Positions 25,606 through 32,000 of a stretch of 32,000 bases of DNA are shown piece by piece. The position numbers were made by a program, and so were the translations under genes. The notes under the pieces were generated by a model. The model worked only from the letters and a program-made list of their open reading frames with translations. It did no database searches and was not told the origin of the DNA. Each line of letters begins with the position of its first letter. Positions within the stretch are counted from its first letter, which is position 1. The DNA comes from Candidatus Nanopusillus sp. (GTDB taxonomy: Archaea; Nanobdellota; Nanobdellia; Nanobdellales; Nanobdellaceae). The stretch is from NCBI GenBank assembly GCA_028276785.1, contig JAPYVP010000002.1, positions 1 to 32,000 of the forward strand, given 5' to 3'.

Positions 25606-26730
25606 TTTCTGATTTAATAAATTACTATGCTTTCTTAGTTTATATACTGAAATATTGTATCTATTAATAAATTTATTATTTAGATATCTAATTAGTTCAT
25701 TATAATTATCAAATTTTTCTATTAAATTGTTTAACATATACTTAGTTCCTTCCCTAACAACCCAAACACCCAAGGGAACTTTATATTCCTTTGTTACAAA
25801 TCTAAATACAACTAAATTACCAATCATTTTATAATTTCTCATAAATTCTGCAAAAGATAATTTTAAGGCACTATAACCTCCAGATTCGTCATCTCTACCA
25901 ATTATACTATATTTGGAATGTAAATTATATACAGAACCTGGTATTAATGCTTCAATTAATTCACAATTTCCATTACCTGGAAAAAATACTCCATAAAAAT
26001 CATTTCCATATAGAGAATAATAAAATAAATAATATTTGTCATTAATTTTAGAATACTCTATTATTTCTTTCTTTATTTTTTTCTCTAAAATTTCATGAAC
26101 TGCAGTTATTGCCCATCTACTTGGAACCAGTTTTCTATTTATCTTATATCCAAAAAAGCCCATTGAAAATAATCTTGATAAATAATAATCAGACATTCCA
26201 GATTTATATAGATAATATATAGAATCTTCTGCCTTCATCTCATCTACTTTATATATTTCATTTGGTATTTTTGGATTTTCATTTATCTTTATTTTATCTA
26301 TTATTCCAGAATATCCATATAAGCCTATTATTTTTGAAATTTTTATATTCTCGCTTATTTTATTTAAACGTATTTCTATATTTATGGATTTAACTGATAA
26401 CATCGAATCCAAAATTTCATTATACAATTTATCATTTTTTCTAGGTAAATTTGCATCTACAATTTTCCTTGCATTTATTAAATTTATCCTACTCTTTATA
26501 ATTTCTTCAATATCAATATTGTTTTTTGCCCAATGTATTGGATTATCATATAATTCTATATCCTCATTATAAGATGTTAATACCCCCAAAGATAATTTAG
26601 GATAATTAATCGAACTAATTAAATTTGATGGGGGAGTATACCCATTTATATCCTTTTTTAATATAATAGATTTCCCATATAATTTTTTGTACCTTTCTGC
26701 AAGCTTTTTTGCATTTATAACATCTATCAT
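25585..26730 (-). CDS. nreA: NreA-like (COG1602 'Nre' family) putative DNA-repair protein with C-terminal PIP box
   Basis: 'GYTPPSNLISSINYPKLSLGVL' resembles Nre 'sPPsvFVGr.gYPkV.vGpl'. 'PSRWAITAVHE' resembles Nre 'RWSITAvD'. The extreme C-terminus 'QKSIFNFI*' fits the pattern Qxx[ILM]xx[FY][FYLI]. Confidence 0.6.
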   Translation of the reverse strand: MIDVINAKKLAERYKKLYGKSIILKKDINGYTPPSNLISSINYPKLSLGVLTSYNEDIELYDNPIHWAKNNIDIEEIIKSRINLINARKIVDANLPRKNDKLYNEILDSMLSVKSINIEIRLNKISENIKISKIIGLYGYSGIIDKIKINENPKIPNEIYKVDEMKAEDSIYYLYKSGMSDYYLSRLFSMGFFGYKINRKLVPSRWAITAVHEILEKKIKKEIIEYSKINDKYYLFYYSLYGNDFYGVFFPGNGNCELIEALIPGSVYNLHSKYSIIGRDDESGGYSALKLSFAEFMRNYKMIGNLVVFRFVTKEYKVPLGVWVVREGTKYMLNNLIEKFDNYNELIRYLNNKFINRYNISVYKLRKHSNLLNQKSIFNFI

Positions 26731-26764
26731 TATAGATTTTTATTCATTTTTTAAATTATAAATT

Positions 26765-27445
26765 TTGATGGATATAATATATATACCAACAAAATATAAA
26801 TTGAAAGAAATTAAAAATTTAGATGAATTAAAAAAATACTTACCAAAAAAATTTGCTTTAATATCTTTAATACAATATTACGAATATACTAAAAAAATAT
26901 ACGAAATACTAAAAAAAGATTATGAAATAATATTAAACGAAAAACTATATGGAATAAATGTTCTAGGATGTTATTCAGAACCTGCAAATATAAAAGATGT
27001 TGATACAGTATTATTAATTGGAAATGGAAAATTTCATGCAGAAAATATTACAAGAAAGTTAAAGAAAAAGGTAATTGTTTATGATCCTATATACGGAGAA
27101 ATAAATATATATGAACCAGATTATAACTTCGATAGAATTTTAAAATTTTTATTAAACAAATTAAAAAATTCAAATAATATTGGAATAATATTATCTATAA
27201 AGCCCGGACAATATTATTATTTAGAAGCATTAAAGGTTAAAGATAAATTGGAAAAGGCTGGAAAAAATGTATACTTGTTTATTGGCGATACAATAGATAT
27301 TTTGCAATTATTAAATTTTCCATATATAGACTTTTGGATTTTTTCTGCATGTCCTAGATTGATCGATGATATAATAAATAATAATATAAATGGAATAACA
27401 ATTGATATTCTAATAAAAAATTTAGATAAGATAATTAATATTTAA
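26765..27445 (+). CDS. dph2: Dph2-like protein (diphthamide synthesis, radical-SAM ACP transferase family) lacking the N-terminal domain
   Basis: The 226-aa protein aligns in order with domains 2-3 of archaeal Dph2. The matching blocks are 'VLGCYSE', 'VLLIGNGKFHAENI…KKKVIVYDPIYGE', 'IGIILSIKPGQ' and 'FSACPRLIDD'. It has only two Cys. The start is a TTG. Confidence 0.65.
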   Translation: MMDIIYIPTKYKLKEIKNLDELKKYLPKKFALISLIQYYEYTKKIYEILKKDYEIILNEKLYGINVLGCYSEPANIKDVDTVLLIGNGKFHAENITRKLKKKVIVYDPIYGEINIYEPDYNFDRILKFLLNKLKNSNNIGIILSIKPGQYYYLEALKVKDKLEKAGKNVYLFIGDTIDILQLLNFPYIDFWIFSACPRLIDDIINNNINGITIDILIKNLDKIINI

Positions 27446-29431
27446 TATTCCGTGTACAAACATATATAATGCTATTGTAGATATTGTAGAAAATATAAAG
27501 AACATTAATATGTTTATTATATAATATTTATATAAATAATAGTAAAATCCCAATTTATCACCACTATTTTCTATACTATTAATTGCGTATATAATTACAA
27601 AAGCAATTGCTGCATTAAATATTCCAATTATTATTATCATTGAAGATGGAGATATAAGAGAATTTAAGTTAAATATATTAAATATAATATTTGGTAATGA
27701 ATTTATATATTGATAAACATTAGAATCTGGTGATGTTAAATTCGATACTTGACTAAATTGAAAAGACAATCTATGTAAAATTTCTATAACCATCACACCA
27801 ACCGCACTTACTATTCCCAAAATAATTGGGGCTAAAATCCTCAATAAAGACTTTAGTTGAGATAGATCCTCTGCTACAAGGTCTTTAATTCTCTCTTTTA
27901 CTTTTGATATTAATAAAAAATATTTTGCAATTATACCTGTTATAACAGAAGCTTCTGTAGGAGACTGGCTACTAGCTTCATATAGCAATTCCATTGTAGA
28001 TCTTAATTTTGATGATGGGATTTTAGATAAAGCTCCATATCTAATATCGAATATTGAATCATAAAATGATAAGCCCATCCTTAAATTTTGGTATATTTTT
28101 GATATAAAATCTCCTATTGGGCCGCCTTTATATTTAGAATAAACATGTATCATCGCCTTTTCAAGTGGATAACCCTCATTTAATGCTGAACTCAGAGATA
28201 ATAAAAATGGTGGTAAATCCATCTCTATTTTTTCTAAACTTTTATATAAATCTTTATAATGGGAATAATATGTAAAAGCCATTAATGAAATTGATAAACC
28301 CATTAAAAGTACAAAAAATTCAGATAATAATACTCCCAAAACATCAAATTTATATAAATACTGATATATTACAAAAAAGATTATAAAAAATAGTAATATA
28401 CCTACTGAAAATCCACTTGCTATCGATATTAATTTATTAGTTAAATCTTTTCTTTTTAAATAGTAGAATAAATATATATCGTCCTCTGAAAAAATACTAA
28501 TCATTCTTGAAGAAATTGCATAGTTAATTGAAAAAAATGCTATAAATGGTATCAAAATATCAAATAATATAAATAAAACGAAAGGACTAAATATATTTCC
28601 TAAGAATATTGATGCAAGAGGAAATATTGTTAATAACATAACGGGTAAAGTTATACCCAACATAGATACTAGATTTATTGTAGATCTTATTTCTCTAGAA
28701 AATTCATATAGTTCATTTACTAATTCCTCTAAGGCTTCTTCTATAGATTTATCTATTTGGAAATTCCTCCTATCTTTATCCGGATCGTATAAAGCACTTA
28801 AAATGAGCATAACGCCAATATAGAAGAATTTTGCATTTTTTTCCCAAGATCTTGAATATTCTATTAAAGCTTCTGATGCTGAAATATATTTTCTATTATA
28901 AACATCCCTTAGCAATCTTAATAAATCTAATTTCAATGGTAAATTAATATTTTTTGCGGCAAATAATATGGCTTGTTCCACATTTGGATTTTGTCTTAAT
29001 TTAATAGCTAATAATAATAATAAACTTATTAATTGAGATTTTTTCCTTGTATTTAGATTATTATACAAAATAATATAATAGTAATCTATTAATATGTAAA
29101 ATAATACACCAAGAGAAGCAAATAATAAGAAATATAAGGGGGATATTATTATTGATGGAATTATTCCTATAAAAATGAACAGTATTAGAAGGAATATTGA
29201 TGATGATTCTATTTGATCAATATTTACATCTAGAAGGAGTTCTTCATTTATTTTTTCAAAATTTCTTCTTTTATTTTCATTTACTTTGATCTTTATTATA
29301 TTTCCAAACGTCTTAACAATTTCCTCATAATACTTTAATTTATTGCCAAAATATATATATTTATATAATCTTAATTTACTTTCTAAATTTTGAATATCTA
29401 ATCTATTTAACTTAACTTCTGGTATATCCAT
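27422..29431 (-). CDS. FlaJ/TadC-like type IV pilus/archaellum platform membrane protein (two T2SS-F-type domains)
   Basis: The protein is 669 aa and polytopic. It has two cytoplasmic T2SSF-like domains, the second containing 'LPPFLLSLSSALNEGYPLEKAMIHV…GPIGDFISKIYQNLRMGLSFYDSI'. It lies immediately downstream of the ATPase gene and overlaps it by 25 nt. Confidence 0.75.
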   Translation of the reverse strand: MDIPEVKLNRLDIQNLESKLRLYKYIYFGNKLKYYEEIVKTFGNIIKIKVNENKRRNFEKINEELLLDVNIDQIESSSIFLLILFIFIGIIPSIIISPLYFLLFASLGVLFYILIDYYYIILYNNLNTRKKSQLISLLLLLAIKLRQNPNVEQAILFAAKNINLPLKLDLLRLLRDVYNRKYISASEALIEYSRSWEKNAKFFYIGVMLILSALYDPDKDRRNFQIDKSIEEALEELVNELYEFSREIRSTINLVSMLGITLPVMLLTIFPLASIFLGNIFSPFVLFILFDILIPFIAFFSINYAISSRMISIFSEDDIYLFYYLKRKDLTNKLISIASGFSVGILLFFIIFFVIYQYLYKFDVLGVLLSEFFVLLMGLSISLMAFTYYSHYKDLYKSLEKIEMDLPPFLLSLSSALNEGYPLEKAMIHVYSKYKGGPIGDFISKIYQNLRMGLSFYDSIFDIRYGALSKIPSSKLRSTMELLYEASSQSPTEASVITGIIAKYFLLISKVKERIKDLVAEDLSQLKSLLRILAPIILGIVSAVGVMVIEILHRLSFQFSQVSNLTSPDSNVYQYINSLPNIIFNIFNLNSLISPSSMIIIIGIFNAAIAFVIIYAINSIENSGDKLGFYYYLYKYYIINILMFFIFSTISTIALYMFVHGILNINYLI

Positions 29432-31650
29432 TTCTTCATATTATCTAATATATAATCTTTCACAATTTCATTGTATTCCTTAATACTTTTATCTACATAT
29501 TGATAAAATATTTCATTATATGCAGAAACAAAATCTGCTTCCAAAATATCTTTCCTATTTTTTTCTCTTGCTATATCTACTAACAATTTTTTTGACAAAC
29601 CTATTGTCTCTATCATATTCCATACTCTTTCCCAAGATTTTGACAAATATCTTATCCTAGATGCAACAGCCTTCAATATATCAGAATCTCCATTTATTAA
29701 TTCTAAAGTTGGCTCTAAATTATCCTTTTCAGCATCATAAATCATTAAATCAACAAAACCCCTTTCTCTTAATGGGTCTTGATCCCAAAACTTTCTTACT
29801 TCTGTTATCCTTAATACTCTTCTATATCTTTTTAATCCAGAAGGCTCTCTAATTGGATTTACAATTACTATTATATCTGTAGCTTTGAACGATGTTTTAG
29901 GAACTCCAAGATCATTTACGACCCTATCAAATACACCATAGGGACTTTCTGCATGTAAAGTACCCATTACTGCGTTTGCTAAAGCACCAACTCTCATAGC
30001 TTCATACAACGTTAAAGCTTCCTTAGATCTAACCTCTCCAACAATTATAGCACTGTCCCCCATTCTTAAAGATACTCTTAAACCTTCTTCGGCAGACAAT
30101 TCTGCAGATTTTAATGAAAATGGGCTCCTGACTTTCATAGGAACTATGTTATACCCTATTGACCTGAAATATTCTGCTGGTATTTCTAAAGTATCCTCTA
30201 CAGTTATTATCCTAACTTTCTTGGGTATTTCCAACATTAAGGCTGTTAATAATGATGTTTTACCACTCCCCCTTGTACCAGCAATAAGAATTGTCCTTCC
30301 ATTTGCAACTAAAAAGGACAATAAACCTGCAGCTTGATAATTTAACATTTTATTATCTATAAACAAAGGTAAAGTCCATGGTTTACTTCTATGTCTTCTA
30401 ATTATATACGCCAATCCAAATGGAGATAATGGGGGTGATAATGCTGCAACTCTTAACAATATATTATTTCCAATTACTAGATCTGTATCCAAAACTGGAT
30501 TTGCTTCATCAAAAGGTCTTCCAGATATTAATCTTAATTTTGTAGCCCAAGATTCTACTTCCCTTCTAGTTGGAGTTACATTTGTAACACACATTTCATA
30601 CTTAGAATGCTGTAAATATATTGGAGTTATGCCTGCTGGTGGATTTATAAAAAGATCCTCTAAATTTTCATCTAATACTATTTTTTCTATTATTCCAAAA
30701 CCAATTGTATATCTAATAATTATACTCTTAATCAATTCTAATCTATTTTTATCTATACTTATATTATATATGGACATTAATTTTGTTATTATATTATTTA
30801 ATATATTATTGTATATTTCTCTTAATCTTTCTACATCCAAATAATCTTCCTTTCTAGGTTCATATTCTTGTAAAATTTCTATTGCTTTATGGGATAAAAA
30901 TGTTTCTTCAGAGAATATTTTATATTCTTCTGGGAATATGTAATATCTAAAAACTGTTTCTTCAGGGTTCTTTAATATAAAAACTTCTGTATTTTTATCC
31001 AATCTATAAGAATCTACGATATTATAACTTTCTGAGATTTTATTTATATATTTTGTATCTATAAATTTTGGTTTTATATCACCTAACAATAGTCTTCTAT
31101 ATATTTCTCTATTTCCAATTTGGTATCCAACCAAAAATGGTTTAATATACTTATAGAAAGGTAATGATTCAAATTTTATTAAAAAGTTGTCTATTAATGA
31201 TATTAAATTTGATATTTGGTTTTCTAAATTCTTATTATTCTTTAATAAAGACATCAATTTTCTTTTCATTCTTCTTATAAATACATATGTACCAATTGGG
31301 TCTTTCAAATAACCCCTATCTAAATAATCTATTATAGTTTTTATTTCTGAATATAATGGATTACTGGTTAATAAATATCTATAATATTCTGATATATTAC
31401 TTTTAATAGAAAGATATACATCGAGAAAGCTTTTCAATACTTTTATGCTATCTTCATAATACTCTATATTCTCATCTTGCTCAATTATTATTGTATTTAC
31501 AAATGGATCTATAGATAATATATTTAATATATATTCCATTATATTCGGATCATCTTCAATTGTTGCAATATTATTATAATTTTTAGCATTTACATATAAT
31601 ACTCTTTCTTTCCCATTCATTTTAACTTCATACTGTAAATTATTTAACAT
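29407..31650 (-). CDS. FlaI/PilB-like type II/IV secretion-family ATPase with a long N-terminal region
   Basis: It has Walker A 'GTRGSGKTSLL', the Asp box 'IITVEDTLEI', Walker B 'AIIVGEVRSKEA' and the His box 'MGTLHAES'. At 747 aa it is longer than archaellum FlaI, which I recall as roughly 500-550 aa. The extra length is mostly upstream of the ATPase core. Confidence 0.8.
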   Translation of the reverse strand: MLNNLQYEVKMNGKERVLYVNAKNYNNIATIEDDPNIMEYILNILSIDPFVNTIIIEQDENIEYYEDSIKVLKSFLDVYLSIKSNISEYYRYLLTSNPLYSEIKTIIDYLDRGYLKDPIGTYVFIRRMKRKLMSLLKNNKNLENQISNLISLIDNFLIKFESLPFYKYIKPFLVGYQIGNREIYRRLLLGDIKPKFIDTKYINKISESYNIVDSYRLDKNTEVFILKNPEETVFRYYIFPEEYKIFSEETFLSHKAIEILQEYEPRKEDYLDVERLREIYNNILNNIITKLMSIYNISIDKNRLELIKSIIIRYTIGFGIIEKIVLDENLEDLFINPPAGITPIYLQHSKYEMCVTNVTPTRREVESWATKLRLISGRPFDEANPVLDTDLVIGNNILLRVAALSPPLSPFGLAYIIRRHRSKPWTLPLFIDNKMLNYQAAGLLSFLVANGRTILIAGTRGSGKTSLLTALMLEIPKKVRIITVEDTLEIPAEYFRSIGYNIVPMKVRSPFSLKSAELSAEEGLRVSLRMGDSAIIVGEVRSKEALTLYEAMRVGALANAVMGTLHAESPYGVFDRVVNDLGVPKTSFKATDIIVIVNPIREPSGLKRYRRVLRITEVRKFWDQDPLRERGFVDLMIYDAEKDNLEPTLELINGDSDILKAVASRIRYLSKSWERVWNMIETIGLSKKLLVDIAREKNRKDILEADFVSAYNEIFYQYVDKSIKEYNEIVKDYILDNMKKWIYQKLS

Positions 31651-31688
31651 ATAAAGATTAATATGTATTAAAATATAATAGTTTTACT

Positions 31689-32000
31689 ATGATTGATCCA
31701 GAGACGCTTAGAAGATTAAAATATTTAGAAGAAAAAATTTCAATGTTTAACAATATATTACAAACCATAGATGTAACTACTAGAAGTTCTTTAGAGGATT
31801 TTAAATTAGAGATAGAAAATATTAAAAAGGAAATAAAAGATATAAAACAAGAAATAAATGATCTAGAAATAAAAATAAAAGCAATAACCGATGAATTATC
31901 AAATTTTGCAACTATAGATCAATTAAAAATTATAAATTCTATTTTAGATTATATAAATCCATTTGATTTTGTTACTAAGAAAGAATTGAATAAACTAGTA
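31689..32000 (+). CDS. Partial CDS (first 104 codons; runs off window end): coiled-coil protein
   Basis: My own translation from ATG 31689 gives MIDPETLRRLKYLEEKISMFNNILQTIDVTTRSSLEDFKLEIENIKKEIKDIKQEINDLEIKIKAITDEL… It is open to 32000. It is divergent from the FlaI-like gene across a 38-bp spacer. Confidence 0.45.
   Translation, partial: MIDPETLRRLKYLEEKISMFNNILQTIDVTTRSSLEDFKLEIENIKKEIKDIKQEINDLEIKIKAITDELSNFATIDQLKIINSILDYINPFDFVTKKELNKLV

Noticed and set aside
1-32000. CRISPR arrays, transposases or integrases, rRNA, tRNA introns, split tRNA halves and inteins in PolB or RtcB.
   Set aside because: I saw no regularly spaced direct repeats. No ORF carries a DDE, tyrosine- or serine-recombinase motif. 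The only GC-rich islands are the five complete cloverleaf tRNAs, each contiguous with a 7-nt anticodon loop. PolB and RtcB motifs are collinear, with no inserted Hint- or endonuclease-like blocks.

Overview
The window is a very AT-rich, tightly packed archaeal chromosomal segment. Its only GC-rich islands are five intron-less tRNA genes, a pattern typical of thermophiles with low-GC genomes. The gene content and the many shortened proteins suggest a streamlined DPANN/Nanoarchaeota-like lineage, but that is inference only.

About 33 protein genes are supported, mostly information-processing housekeeping:
- Translation and RNA: Pelota, RtcB, RNAP subunit N, YchF-like and DRG-like GTPases, eS17, a NOL1/NOP2/Sun m5C RNA methyltransferase, CysRS, aIF2-gamma, an Fcf1-like PIN protein, a PUA protein and a TtuA/NcsA-type PP-loop thiolase.
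- DNA and chromatin: family-B DNA polymerase, Alba and an NreA-like protein.
- Metabolism: inorganic pyrophosphatase, archaeal adenylate kinase and a Dph2-like protein.
- Cell surface: a type IV pilus/archaellum-type set made of a FlaI-like ATPase and FlaJ-like platform at 27.4-31.7 kb, with a PibD/FlaK-type prepilin peptidase at 1.3-2.3 kb.
- RNA genes: tRNA-Gln(UUG), initiator tRNA-Met(CAU), tRNA-Arg(UCG), tRNA-Leu(CAG) and tRNA-Leu(GAG).

I found no CRISPR array, transposase, integrase or rRNA.

Observations most worth follow-up:
- Two intergenic candidates have textbook archaeal C/D-box sRNA architecture, which the ORF track cannot show. One has its D box abutting the start codon of the m5C methyltransferase gene.
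- CysRS has a conserved N-terminus with no canonical in-frame start codon, next to a (TA)5 tract and an out-of-frame ATG.
- A 508-aa aldehyde:ferredoxin-oxidoreductase-like protein contains no cysteine at all.
- The Dph2 homologue lacks the whole first domain, so it is either a split gene or truncated.
- A polB-linked pair of coiled-coil proteins has no recognisable domains.
- A small membrane protein ends in CCCC.
- The FlaI-like ATPase is unusually long, and no pilin gene is visible nearby.

I cannot point to one clear novel 'system'. The items above are ranked honestly as leads, not discoveries.
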